A DNA stretch of 64,000 nucleotides, taken from contig NC_043014.1 of NCBI RefSeq assembly GCF_006345805.1, positions 16,492,001-16,556,000 on the forward strand, given 5' to 3'. Numbering within the stretch: the first letter of the stretch is position 1; every line of letters begins with the position of its first letter. The DNA is from Octopus sinensis (lineage: Eukaryota). Shown here piece by piece: positions 13,368 through 25,970 of this stretch. The position numbers and the translations under genes were made by a program. The notes beneath the pieces were generated by a model, which saw only the letters and a list, made by a program, of their open reading frames with translations, was not told the origin of the DNA and did not search any database.

Positions 13368-14320
13368 GGCGGCAGGACAGCTCACTCCACTTTCAAGCTT
13401 CCGCTTGACTTAGCGAAGACTGAGACACCAACTTGCAACATCAGTAACAGCTCCGATCAGGCAGAAGTCTTCAGACGATGCAAGTTCATCGTTTGGGATG
13501 AATGCATGATGGCCCACAGAGGTGCTCTTGAGGCACTAGATAGATCTCTCAGAGACATCAAACACTCTTCAGCTCCCATGGGAGGCATAACACTTCTTCT
13601 TTCAGGGGACTTCCGATAAACACTTCCCGTTATTCCCAAAAGGACTAGAACTGATGCAGTAAGTGCGTGTCTTAAGTCATCCACATTGTGGGCACTGGTG
13701 AAGACTCTCAAACTTCACACCAATATGTTTGCTCTATGTGACATAATATCACATCAGCCGCATTTTCTCACACCCTCCTTGCACTTGGCAAAGGCAAAAT
13801 ACCAGGGGATGAAAATGGTAATATTGCCATCGATTCCATTTGTACCATTGTTAAAACGCCTTCTGATCTCAGAGATGCAGTGTTCCCAGATCTACAAGCT
13901 AATTATCACAATATGGATTGGATTTGCCAAAGGGCTATTCTGGCCCCGAGGAATAAAACTGTTCACCATATTAATGATGAAATGCTAAAACTCATTCCTG
14001 GAGATGTCTATGTATATAAGTCTATCGATACAACTCTTGATCCAGAGGACGTCATCAACTATCCAATAGAGGTACTCAATTCCTTTGAGCCCCCCGGACT
14101 ACCACCACACATTCTCAAACTTAAAGTTGGTGCCCCTATAATGCTCATTAGAAATTTGGTTCCCCCAAAACAATGCAATGGCACACGTTTGATCGTTAAG
14201 TCCTTATCTCCCACCTTAAACTTATATCAATATTTGCCTGAATAATCATCATAATTCAGTGCAATCATTAACAGTACTTTCAAGCAATTCAGCCCCGAGC
14301 ATCGCCGGGCAATTCTGCTA

Positions 14321-14321
<1 letters not shown>
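13368..14321 (+). mobile_element. Helitron remnant: PIF1-type helicase fragment plus 3' terminus
   Basis: GRTAHSTFKLPL, IVWDECMMAH, LLSGDFR*TLPVIP, RAILAPRN, LNSFEPPGLPPHILKLKVGAPIMLIRNL, CNGTRL, with a stop and frameshifts. 3' hairpin cccgagcatcgccggg and CTAG|T at 14318-14322. Confidence 0.9.
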
Positions 14322-14416
<95 letters not shown>

Positions 14417-14427
14417 ATATATATATG

Positions 14428-14458
<31 letters not shown>

Positions 14459-14499
14459 TTATATATATATATGTATATATATGTATATGTATATATATG

Positions 14500-14530
<31 letters not shown>

Positions 14531-17466
14531 GTATATATATATATGTGTATATATAAAGGCGGTGACCTGGCAGAGACGTTAGCATGCCGTGTGAAATGCG
14601 TAGCTGTATTTCGTCCGCCGTTACGTTCTGAGTTCAAATTCCACCAAGGTCGACTTTGCTGTTCATCCTTTCAGGGTCGATAAATAAAGTACCAGTTACA
14701 TACACACTGGGGTCAATGTAATCGACTTAATCCCTTTGTCTGTCCTTGTTTGTCCCCTCTGTGTTTAGCCCCTTGTGGGCAGTAAAGAAATATATATATA
14801 TATATATATATATGAGTGGCTGTGTGGTAAGTAGCTTGCTAACCAACCACATGGTTCAGGGTTCAGTCCCACTGCGTGGCATCTTGGGCAAGTGTCTATA
14901 GCCCCGGGCCGACCAATGGCTTGTGAGTGGATTTGGTAGACGGAAACTGAAAGAAGCCTGTCGTATATATGTATATGTTTTTGTGTGTCTGTGCTTGTCC
15001 CTCTAGCATTGCTTGACAACCGATGCTGGTGTGTTTACATCCCCGTCACTTAGCGGCATTCAGCCATAAAAACCTTGCCTGAACGGACAGAGAGGACTTG
15101 GCCCTGTCTGCTGACATGCCAGCTCATGTCTAACCATCCAACCTGTGCAAGTATGGAAGGAGGATGTTAAATGATGACGATGAGATATACATGTGTATAG
15201 ATGTGTGTGTGTGTATCTGTGCCATCATCATATAAGGTCCATTTTCCATGTTGGCATGACTTGGGTGGTTTGACAGTAGCTGGCATGTCAGCAGACAGTG
15301 CCAAGTCCTCAATCTAGTTTCAACCCCTGGATGCCCTTCCTAATACCAACACTTCACAGATTATGCCAGGTGCTTTTTGTGTGGCGCCAACAGCAGCAGT
15401 TGAAGTCAGTGGGTAACTCATGAGACATGACCTAACCCCAACCTCGGGAAAACCATTTCTTGCTCTTTTTTTTTTATTCTTTCCCCATCCAACATGATTA
15501 AATCTACCAAGAAGGTGAGGTGGTGGTGGTGGTTAAACTTCCCAGTGTTCAGGTTACAGAAACATGCAAGGGCCCCACACTACCACCACCTAGTTATGTA
15601 CTGGGGTCACCGTTTTAAACTCAACCCCTCATCTCAAAATTAATGTCCAAAATGAGAAAGAACTATCTTAATTATTATTGAAGACAACGAACTGGCAGAA
15701 TTATTAGCACATTGGACGAAATGCTTGGCAGAATCGTTTGCACGTCAGGCGAAATGCTTAGCAGTACTTCTTCTGCCGCTACATTCTCAGTTCAAATTCC
15801 GCCGAGGTCGAATTTGCCTTTCATCCTTTCAGGGTCGATTAAATAAGTACCAGTTACGCACTGGGGTCAATGTAATCGACTTAATCCGTTTGTCTGTCCT
15901 TGTTTGTCCTCTCTGTGTTTAGCCCCTTGTGGGTAGTAAAGAAATAGGTACTTAATTTATTGACTCCAAAAGAATGAAAGGCGAAGTCGACCTTGGCGGA
16001 ATTTGAACTCAGAACGTAAAGACAGACAATATCACCACTAAGCAGCATTTCACCCGGCGTGCTAACGTTTCTGCCAGTTTCCTGCCTTGTGTGTGTGTTG
16101 TCTACCTTGTGTGTCTATATGTATGTGTTTTAAGGCGGCGAGCTGGCAGAAACATTAGCACGCAGGGCGAAATGCTTAGCGGTATTTCGTCTGTCGTTAC
16201 CTTCTGAGTTCAAATTCCGCCGAGGTCGACTTTGCCTTTCATCCTTTCGGGGTCGATAAATTACATACCAATTACGCACTGTGGTCGATATATAATCAAC
16301 TCAATCCCTTTGTCTGTCCTTGTTTGTCCCCTCTGTGTTTAGCCCCTTGTGGGCAGTGAAGAAATATATATGTATGCGTTTGTATGTATGTGCGTGTACG
16401 TTGCTTATCTGTGTGTGAATATATATATATATGTATGCTGTGTTTGTGTATATGTATTAGTATGTATATGTGTGTGTGTATGTATGTTGTTTATCTCCTC
16501 TGTGTGTGTATCTATGTCTTATTGTTTGTGAGATTGGTATAGTGTGTGCGTGTGTGTGCAAAATTTGTGATGGTGAGGTGTGTGTTTATATGTGATATTT
16601 GATATGTGTGTGATCGTTATATGACTCTGTGTGTGTGTGTAAGCTTTCAACATATAATTAAAATGATGCCTGTGGTTAAGTGTTGTCATATATAGGCCTG
16701 GGTCAGCTCTAAACAAGGAGGCTTTTTATGATCAAAAGCAATCCAGCTATGACCATCCCATATTTTTCCCACAGCTGTAAAGAGCCAAGACTATATTTGT
16801 CTGAGAGATACAGTGGTGTGTGATTTGAGGGGAATTTGGTTGCTTTTTCGAGCATGTGATGTGACCACATAAAAGCTCCATTTGGTATTGTGTGAGTGGA
16901 GATGTTGTTTAGCCCCAGATCAGTCCTGATGTTCCAGCTGTGACCATCTCAACTTTTATTCAAGCCCATTACCAGAATGCTCACCATTAGTCCCAGGTCA
17001 GTCCTGATGATCCAGCTCTGACCATCCCAACTTTTATTCAAGCCCATCCTTGCCAAGTAGTCCATTACCAGAATGCTCACCATTGAGCACCCTGGGAGCA
17101 AACTTGGCGCAAATTTTTGCACCTTCATGAATAATTCTGTGCACAGGGGCCAATCCCAATCTGTTTGCTTATTGTCTTTATAGACACACAGACGCATGAT
17201 TGCCAATTTACCCCAGCCATCTCTGGTGTTCTCATGTCTCTTTCTCCCACTCATACCTCTCATTGTCTCTCCCCTCCTCTCTGCCAGTCTGGAGCATTTC
17301 ATAAGGTTTCCATAGCAAGCTTCCAAATTGTCTTCATGTCCTGAACTTCATTCTGCAAACTTGTCAACTGTGACCAGCCGTATTTAACAGGGTGTGTCCA
17401 AATAGCTGTTACAACCTTCTTCTTCAATCTGGAATAATAAAAGTTGGCAGGTCAGCTTATTTAATG

Positions 17467-17520
<54 letters not shown>

Positions 17521-17523
17521 CAT

Positions 17524-17639
<116 letters not shown>

Positions 17640-20600
17640 TCAACGATCCTATGTGGTGTAAAGATTAGAAAATGGCAACAGTCCCACAAAAAGCCTTCTT
17701 GGCAAGAGCGTCTGCAACAACAAATTAAAGTATTTAGATCTGACATTGAATATTTGAAAAACCTTAAGGCTCACAAGACTACCAAACCTACAAAAACCCA
17801 AAAATTACGGAAAAAATACAATATGAAAACTATACTTGATATTGATGCCACCATAGAAACCATCAAACAAAAGGTATCTGCCAAAGCTACCCGCATAGCG
17901 AGGTATGAAAAGCGTGTCAGATTTTTCAAGGACAACAACATGTTCAAAAATAACACCAAGAATTTTTACAGGAAGATAGGAAAAACAGCGTTTACTGCAG
18001 GGTCTGTACCATCAAAAGAAGAAGTGCAGAGATTTTGGAATAAAATCTGGGCAGAAGAAAAAACACACAACGAAAAGGCCCCCTGGATTGACAGAATATC
18101 TACAGAACTGGACCCCTTAGAAGAGCAAAAGTGGGAGGGTGTCAAGGTAGAAGATATAAGATCTGCTCTCAGGAGGTCAAGCAAATGGGAGTCTCCAGGA
18201 AAGGATAAAATTCCTAACTTCTGGCTGAATGCCTTCCCAGAGAGCCATGAACTGCTAACAGAACTGTACAATGATGTTCTGCAACACCCTAGTAGGATGC
18301 CTCCTTGGCTAGTTAATGGGTTAACATTCCTGCTTCCAAAAAGTGAAGAAACAAATGAACCAAAAAACTATAGACCCATAACCTGCTTAACAACTATGTA
18401 CAAAACTCTAACATCTGTCCTGACGGAATATACCTATAGTTTTTTAACAGACAGCAGCATATTCCCTAATGAACAGAAAGGATGTAAACGTGGATCCTAC
18501 GGCTGTAAAGACCAACTACTCATCAATAAGATGATCTTAGAAGATTGTCACAAACGACACAAAAACTTATCAATAGCCTGGATGGACTATAAAAAGGCTT
18601 TTGATAGCCTACCACATAGCTGGATTAGGAAATGCCTTGAAATGTATAAGATAGCACCAACTCTGCGAAACTTCTTGACTGTAAGTATGAGATCATGGAG
18701 AACCACACTAACTCTGAACAGTGACAGTGAATCCCTAAATGCTGGTGATGTAAAAATTTCGTGTGGCATTTTCCAGGGTGACTCACTGTCACCACTCCTC
18801 TTTTGTTTATCCTTAATACCTCTCTCAAAGCTGCTCAATGACGCGCAGTACGGGTATAAAATGTTTGATAAAAATATAAATCATCTCGTTTACATGGATG
18901 ATTTAAAGCTTTTTGCAAAAAATGATCAACAACTCAAGGGCTTACTAGCGATAGTCAAACAATTCAGTGACGACATCAGAATGCAATTCGGCCTCGATAA
19001 ATATGCAAAGGCTACCTTTATCAAAGGAAAAATGACAGAAACATCTAACGTTAACCTTGACCAACAGAATGTCATAAAAGAACTAGACCCAGCGGAGAGC
19101 TACAAGTACCTAGGGGTAATTGAAGGGAACGGAATAAGGCATTCAGAGATGAAGGAAAGGATCAGGAGAGAATGCTATCGAAGAGTGAGAGCAATACTCA
19201 AGACAGAGCTGAATGCAAGAAACAGGATCGAAGCAATCAATGCATTAGCTATACCAGTCGTGACTTACAGTTTCAATATTGTTAACTGGTCAATTACTGA
19301 AATATGTCAGCTCGACAGAAAAATAAGGAAACTGTTGACAATGCATAGAATGCACCACCCTAAGGCAGATACAGAACGACTCTATCTGCCAAGAAAAGAG
19401 GGAGGCCATGGTCTTTTGCAACTGGCAATAACAATGAAGATTGCTACAATTGGCCTAGACACCTACCTGAAAAACTCTGAGGACTGGATGTTAAAACTTG
19501 TCTCAAAACATGAAAACAAGAAAGCATCATACTCAGTCACAAAACAGGCAAAGGAATATCTAAGTGAATTCCGAATACAACCAATTTCGGAATTAGAGAT
19601 AGACATACAAGAAACAAGCACAGAAAAAGCTAGGCGCATGAAAACCCGTGCCAAAACTGCGGCCTTAGATATTCTGAATAATAAATGGCAAGAAAAACCT
19701 CTCTACGGCAAATACCCAAAGAGAGCGAATAATGCAGATATCGACAAAGCCCTGACCCATCAATGGCTAATGGCCTCTGGCTTAAAATCTGAAACAGAGG
19801 GGTTTATCATAGCAGCTCAAGATCAATGCCTACCAACAAGAAACTACCAGGCCAACATATTAAAGATCAGAAGCAGTCCAACGTGTCGTGTATGCAAGCA
19901 ACAAAATGAAACCATTGACCATGTGGTCTCCAAGTGCAGTCTTCTAGTGCCTACAGAGTATCTCAACAGGCACGATAGAGCTGCACAATATATTCACTGG
20001 GTAATCTGTAAAAACCTGGATTTGCCCCATGAAAAAAACTGGTGGGAACACAAACCACCCCCAGTGCTTGAAAATGACCACATCTCACTCCTCTGGAACT
20101 TCACCATTCAAACTGACAGGAAGATAGATGCAAATAGGCCAGACATCATATTGAAAGACTTCAAACAAAGAACATGCCTCCTCATTGATATGACTGTCCC
20201 AATCGATATAAACGTATCTGTCAGGACCTACCAAAAACTGAGCAAATATAAAGATCTTGAAATAGAAATCAGCAAAATGTGGAAGCTGAAGACTAAAACA
20301 ATACCTGTTGTCATAGGTGCCCTGGGAATGATAGCAAAAGGGGCTGATAGCTACCTAACTCAGATACCAGGAAACCCAAAAATGGCAGAAGTTCAAAAGA
20401 TAGTGCTCATGGGAACTGCTCATATCCTACGCAAAATACTCTCTATGTAACCTCAAGGTTTAAAACAACCATAATTTTCGGTTTAAAAAAAAAAAAAAAA
20501 ACTTTTTTTTTTAGACATTCATTAGTACAACATCCCCACCCCCCAAATATATGGCACACTAGGCATAACAACAACATGAACTTCCAACCCTGTTGTCTCT

Positions 20601-20662
20601 TGAGGTCTCTGGGTGAGACTTGGAGCCAACTTGTACAAATATAAAGCAAAAGTCAAACATAG
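17640..20662 (+). mobile_element. Dong/R4-like RT + restriction-like endonuclease LINE, 5'-truncated, inserted in (TAA)n
   Basis: Frame open 17640-20450 (936 codons). RT motifs YRPITCL, EQKG, AWMDYKKAFDS, GIFQGDSLSPLLF, YMDDLKL and YKYLG. CCHC knuckle CRVC..ETIDHVVSKC, RHD, and RPDII..IDM..KLSKY endonuclease. About 210-nt 3' UTR. (AAT)n on both flanks. Confidence 0.93.
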
Positions 20663-21006
<344 letters not shown>

Positions 21007-21467
21007 GATGGGCTACAGCAAATATTCTGCTCAATACCACAGATTTGCTTGTCAGTTGTTTGACCTTAACCAGTTGAGCATGTCCCTTGGTGGCTGACGA
21101 TATGTGCATCTCTGATCACGAGCAGAAGTAGTGGGGGAGCATCATAGCCATGTGTTGAGAGGGATTCTTTGGGGTTTGAATAGTTCACCTCTGGAAACAT
21201 GGGTGGTTCTTTCAACATCCTTAAACAACCCTTATTCAGGGACCGTTTGAGCAGGATGGGCTACTCAAAATGAAGAAAATTCTAACTGGGCCCCACCTGC
21301 AAGGTCATGTGCTGTTTATCTTGATATGAGATCACCATGTCGCGCACATATGGTTGTGATGCATGTGCCTGGTGTACCTTTATCAGACAGGTAGTCATGA
21401 TGGGTATATTGGGCTTCGTATATTTTACCCCAGTGTCACTTTGATGGCATGAACTGCTCTCTCACTC
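21007..21467. mobile_element. 461-bp non-coding element flanked on both sides by (TAA)n
   Basis: Complex GC-richer sequence precisely bounded by AAT repeats. No ORF recognised. Confidence 0.5.
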
Positions 21468-21558
21468 AATAATAATAATAATAATAATATTAATAATAAT
21501 ATTAATAATAATAGTAATAATAATAGTAATAATAATAGTAATAATAATAGTAATAATA

Positions 21559-21589
<31 letters not shown>

Positions 21590-21639
21590 TGATAATAATA
21601 ATAATAAAGATATACTGAAATTACAATAACATAAGACAG

Positions 21640-22780
21640 AACAGAAAATTTCATTGCATAGCAAGCCTCTAAATTGTCTTCATTCTGCAAACTGGGCAAC
21701 CACGACATGTCCAAAACTCCTTCAAAGTAGGATCCCCTGACTTTAATACATTTGTTGTAAGTGCTTCAGCTACTTCGTGAAGACCCCACGGAAGTCCTCC
21801 GAAGTGAAACGGTCCAGAACCATGCTCTTTGATGTTTCCAAAGTTCTGCTGTGGCCATCTCCTTCAATCTGGAATAACAAAAGTTGGCTTGTTAGGTGTA
21901 CGATAATAAGACAGAACACAAAATTTATTCAGCTGTGACATGCAAAAAAAAAAAAAAAAAGAGATGTTTAATGGTTTTGCTGTGATTAGCACAAAATTGT
22001 ATTCCATAAAAAGCTTCCAAACCTCACAGCTACATTCTGCAAACTCAGCAACCAAGACAAGCAGTGTTTATAGCAGGATGTTTCCAAATTGCTGTTACAG
22101 CCGCCTTCTTCAATCTGGAACAACAAAAGTTGGCAGGTCAGCTTTATTATATGTACGATAATGAAATTCCAATAATTTAGGACGGTTAGAATGCAAAACT
22201 CCATTGTGTAGTGAGCTTCCAAATTCTCTTCACATCCTGATTTCATTCTACAAACCAGTCAACTGTAACAAACAGTGTTTTGTAGGATGGGTTCAAAGTG
22301 CTCTAATAGCTGTCTCCTTTAACCCTTTCGTTACCAACCCGGCTGAAACTGGCTCTGGCTCTGAGTACAAATTTCTTGTTTCCATAAGTTTTGAATTAAA
22401 ATCTTCTATCAAACCTCAGTCACAATTTATGTTCCTAACAGTAGCTGAATGATAACTAAGTTATTTTGCTAAATTCTTTGTTATATTTAGAATAATTGAA
22501 AGAAACACAGAGCATCTCAAAATAAATACAGTAATGAAAGGGCTAATATGGAACAACAAAAGTTGGCAGGTCAGCTTATTAGATGTATGATAATGAAATA
22601 CTGAAATTACAATAATTTAGGACAGTTACAAGCAAGCTTCCTACTTGTCTTCACATCACAATTACATTCTACAGATTGGTCAACTGTAACAAAGTGTTTG
22701 AGTTGGGTCTGTCCAGAATGTTGTTTCAGCCATCTGGAACAACAAAAGTTGGCAGGTCAGCTTATTAGCTGTGTAGTAAA
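21640..22780. repeat. Degenerate tandem repeat array with an orphan unit at 17310-17466
   Basis: ctggaa(c/t)aacaaaagttggcaggtcagctt at about 17430, 21870, 22116, 22549 and 22735; agcaagcttccaaattgtcttca...cattct at about 17312, 21660, 22210 and 22630. Confidence 0.75.
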
Positions 22781-23342
22781 ATGACTAAGGTCAGATATAA
22801 AAGTCCCTAAACTTCTGCAAACTACCATGGGCAGGCATTCTACTGGAGCACCGCCTTTAGTCGAGCAAATCGACCCCGGGACTTATTCTTTGTAAGCCTA
22901 GTACTTATTCTATCGGTCTCTTTTGCTGAACCGCTAAGTGATGGGGACGTAAACACACCAGCATTGGTTGTCAAGCAATGCTAGGGGGACAAACACATAC
23001 ACGCATATATATATATACATATATACGACGGGCTTCTTTCAGTTTCCGTCTACCAAATCCACTCACAAGGCATTGGTCGGCCCGAGGCTATAGCAGAAGA
23101 CACTTGCCCAAGATGCTACGCAGTGGGACTGAACCCAGAACCATGTGGTTGGTAGGCAAGCTACTTACCACACAGCCACTACTGTGCCTATAATTATTAT
23201 TATTATTTTTATTTTTAAGCTGTATCTGTATCTATAGTTTGTTATTGGTGTTTTTTGTTTTAATTTTTGCTTTTAAATGATTTCTTTTTGTCCTTCATCA
23301 ACTAAAATATCTAATCATTCCTCCTTTTTCTATTCTTTCCAG

Positions 23343-25241
23343 GTAATGGAGGCTGGCAAGACGACCCTACCCAAGTGGTTGTATTTCGACGTTGAGACTC
23401 GTACCTTCTCTGGAGTCCCGAAACCAGCAGACATCGCCCAGTATTACATTGAGGTTGTGGCGCAGGCTGAGGACCAAGGAGCTGTTAGTCAGTTCGCCAA
23501 AGACATCTTCTCGATTCATGTGACCAAAGAAAGTTCGAAACCCGCCACAGCGGCGGCAGCAGCAGCAGCAATCAGTGGTTCATCATCAAAGAAGAACGGC
23601 ATGGGTTCAAATTCTCCATCAGTCATCCAATGCATGCCCCAGGAGCCAGAGACAGCATTTACGCTAATTGTTGATGCAGACCTTGATCAACTTCCTCCCC
23701 ACGGCATTGTGGAACTGTTAAAGAAACTGGAGCACAATCTGGAGCTTGTGTCTGAGATGTTTAAGGTCGATCCTGCCACCACTGGCAACAGGCCCATCCC
23801 TCCTGTCCATGCAGTTGCCCCAGACACATCGTCCTCATCCACCCTTGAATCAGGGCCCGGTGACACAAAAATCGCAAAGCACCCCGGGGTGCTTGTCACA
23901 TGGTTGGTTGGTTGTGGCCGAGTGGAGCTGCGGCACATGAACGTTCTACAGAGGGTGGAATCAATTTCAGCAAATGGCACCTTGTCCGAGCTCCTCGGTC
24001 ATGGAGTTGTAGGGTGGCATGTGACAAACAGACAAGTAACCCTGCCTGAGAAGAGAGTAAGGCGTGCAGCCATCATGGCCACCCCGGCTGTCACTGACAT
24101 TGCACCGACGCGCACCCACCTGCATTCGCACAAGACCCACCACCGACATACAGATGGAATGGCCATCAGCATGCCCGAATATTGCAGTCGCGCAAGAAAG
24201 CTAAAACCACGAATAGCACACAGGATTCCTGTACAGGAATTCGAGGTCGGGAAGCGAGCCTACTTCTCTGTGCCATCTGACACGTTCATTGACTGCAAGG
24301 AGCCCAGCGACCGCTTGACGCTGGCATTTTTCCTTAAGCAACTCCCTCCCAACAATTGGCTGCAGCGAGACCCGGCCAATAACAAGAGCATAATTGGGCT
24401 GCCAATGGAAAGCAATGTGGGCATCCTCAACGTGACAGTGGTGGCGATAAACAGTGATGGAAAGTTCAACAACATGGACATCCTCGTGAAGGTTCTGAAG
24501 AACAAGAACCTCAAGAGCAACAAGGTAACCCACAAGATCAAGATGAAGTTCAGTATGTACTACAAGATATTCATGTCAAACCTTGACTCGAGGCTCAATC
24601 TCATTGACAAGATCGGCAAATTGTACGGAGACGCAGATGCGAGCAGCGTCACAGTGCTCGAAATAACAGAGGGGTCCGTTGAGGTGTCGTGGACAAACAA
24701 CACTCTCGTCGGCACAAAATGCCCCGATGATGCTACCAAAGCCCTTTTTGAACGCCTAGTTGATGACAAAAAGCGGGTGAAACGTTCAGCAAGGAAAGCA
24801 ATGAAACCTTTCAAGCTGCAATCGGCCCAAATAATCCCGATGGGAGCTTGTGCTGGGGGCTATATCAACCCAATGCCGAGCACCACAATGGTAGCATCAA
24901 CAACACCAGAACTCAATATCAACCCAATGCCGAGCACCACAATGGTAGCAGCAACAACACCAGAACTCAATATCAACCCAATGACGAGCACCACAATGGT
25001 AGCAGCAACAACACCAGAACTCAAGAAACCACAGTCTGATGATGAGATCGATATTCTTATTTCAATCAATGTCCTTTGTATCACCTACGTGTTCATATTG
25101 CTTCTGGCCTTGCTCATTACTTGCATCCGTTACCTAAAGAGTCGTAGACGAAAGATGTCGCTCTCGTCTGCAGGCGAGGGCACCCAGTTGACCCCGAACC
25201 AGACCGAAGAAGAGGTGGGCATCGCAGAAACGGTGGAGTAA
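23343..25241 (+). CDS. DAG1: Dystroglycan-like gene, second large coding exon (rest of IG1, S6-like domain, furin site, IG2, SEA/NU module, TM, short tail as assembled)
   Basis: Acceptor ttctattctttccAG at 23342, phase 0, giving DIKSFT|VMEAGKTTLPKWL (cf. GDIIK|VSAAGKEALPSWL). Also LIVDADL, GPGD, WLVGC, GVVGWHVTN, KRVRR-AAIMATP, VPSDTFID, ITEG/SVEVSWTNNTL, SDDE, a TM segment and KSRRRK. Spliced ORF is about 785 aa. Confidence 0.93.
   Translation, partial: VMEAGKTTLPKWLYFDVETRTFSGVPKPADIAQYYIEVVAQAEDQGAVSQFAKDIFSIHVTKESSKPATAAAAAAAISGSSSKKNGMGSNSPSVIQCMPQEPETAFTLIVDADLDQLPPHGIVELLKKLEHNLELVSEMFKVDPATTGNRPIPPVHAVAPDTSSSSTLESGPGDTKIAKHPGVLVTWLVGCGRVELRHMNVLQRVESISANGTLSELLGHGVVGWHVTNRQVTLPEKRVRRAAIMATPAVTDIAPTRTHLHSHKTHHRHTDGMAISMPEYCSRARKLKPRIAHRIPVQEFEVGKRAYFSVPSDTFIDCKEPSDRLTLAFFLKQLPPNNWLQRDPANNKSIIGLPMESNVGILNVTVVAINSDGKFNNMDILVKVLKNKNLKSNKVTHKIKMKFSMYYKIFMSNLDSRLNLIDKIGKLYGDADASSVTVLEITEGSVEVSWTNNTLVGTKCPDDATKALFERLVDDKKRVKRSARKAMKPFKLQSAQIIPMGACAGGYINPMPSTTMVASTTPELNINPMPSTTMVAATTPELNINPMTSTTMVAATTPELKKPQSDDEIDILISINVLCITYVFILLLALLITCIRYLKSRRRKMSLSSAGEGTQLTPNQTEEEVGIAETVE
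24862..25023 (+). repeat. Coding minisatellite, 3 x 54 bp (INPMPSTTMVASTTPELN) in the beta-dystroglycan stalk
   Basis: Near-identical units start at 24862, 24916 and 24970. Confidence 0.95.
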
Positions 25242-25369
25242 ACGAACCCATACTCGGCTCGCAACCGTGTGAGCCACCACCTCCTGTCACCGTGTGGCAA
25301 GGCAAGAAACAGCCGCGCCCCCACGTGCAACCCCCCTACACATCACCTCCTCCATATGTGCCTCCATAA
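25148..25369 (+). CDS. DAG1: Out-of-frame canonical dystroglycan cytoplasmic C-terminus (...EPPPPVTVWQGKKQPRPHVQPPYTSPPPYVPP*)
   Basis: Frame open from 25148 to TAA at 25367-25369, shifted -1 relative to the main ORF. It ends in the dystroglycan hallmark PPPYVPP-stop. Confidence 0.8.
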   Translation, partial: TKDVALVCRRGHPVDPEPDRRRGGHRRNGGVNEPILGSQPCEPPPPVTVWQGKKQPRPHVQPPYTSPPPYVPP

Positions 25370-25689
25370 GTTCATTGCTGAAGTGTAATTACATATATAA
25401 CTGTATGTATATACATGTGTATGTATGTATATATACTTATACATATATAACGTATGTGTGTGTGCGTATATATGATATACACTTGTGTTCTATTCACTAT
25501 ATATTTATTTATATACATGAACATATATGTATATATATATTTATATATATATCACAAATATATATTATATGTATATATATATATACACACACACATATAC
25601 ATATGTATATATGTATATACATACATATATCACACATTTGTAATATGCATGTGTATACACGCATATTTACACACTAAACACGCATACAT

Positions 25690-25727
<38 letters not shown>

Positions 25728-25867
25728 AGTGTGTGTTTTATGTAAAGCTCTACCACTGTTCAATCAACCAAAAATACAAACTAATAACCCAAACAAAGGC
25801 CCTTTGCCCTGTCCTCCTGCTCCAGAGGCCCCTACCCAATGCTCTCCCCCCTTCTTTATAAAAACAA

Positions 25868-25873
25868 AATAAA
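25868..25873 (+). terminator. Possible polyadenylation signal of the dystroglycan gene
   Basis: AATAAA about 500 nt after the PPxY stop. AT-rich context makes it weak evidence. Confidence 0.25.
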
Positions 25874-25970
25874 AACATTGACAAAAACAAACAAATAACA
25901 TTCACAAAAATTCAAAGCAAAAAAACTGAACAATAACATCAACATTTTAGAAATGTAACAGTTTATAAAA

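Noticed and set aside
25215-25273. 59-nt intron that would join the main frame to the PPxY frame
   Set aside because: The phase fits, but the acceptor is GAG without a pyrimidine tract and the donor GTGGGC is weak.
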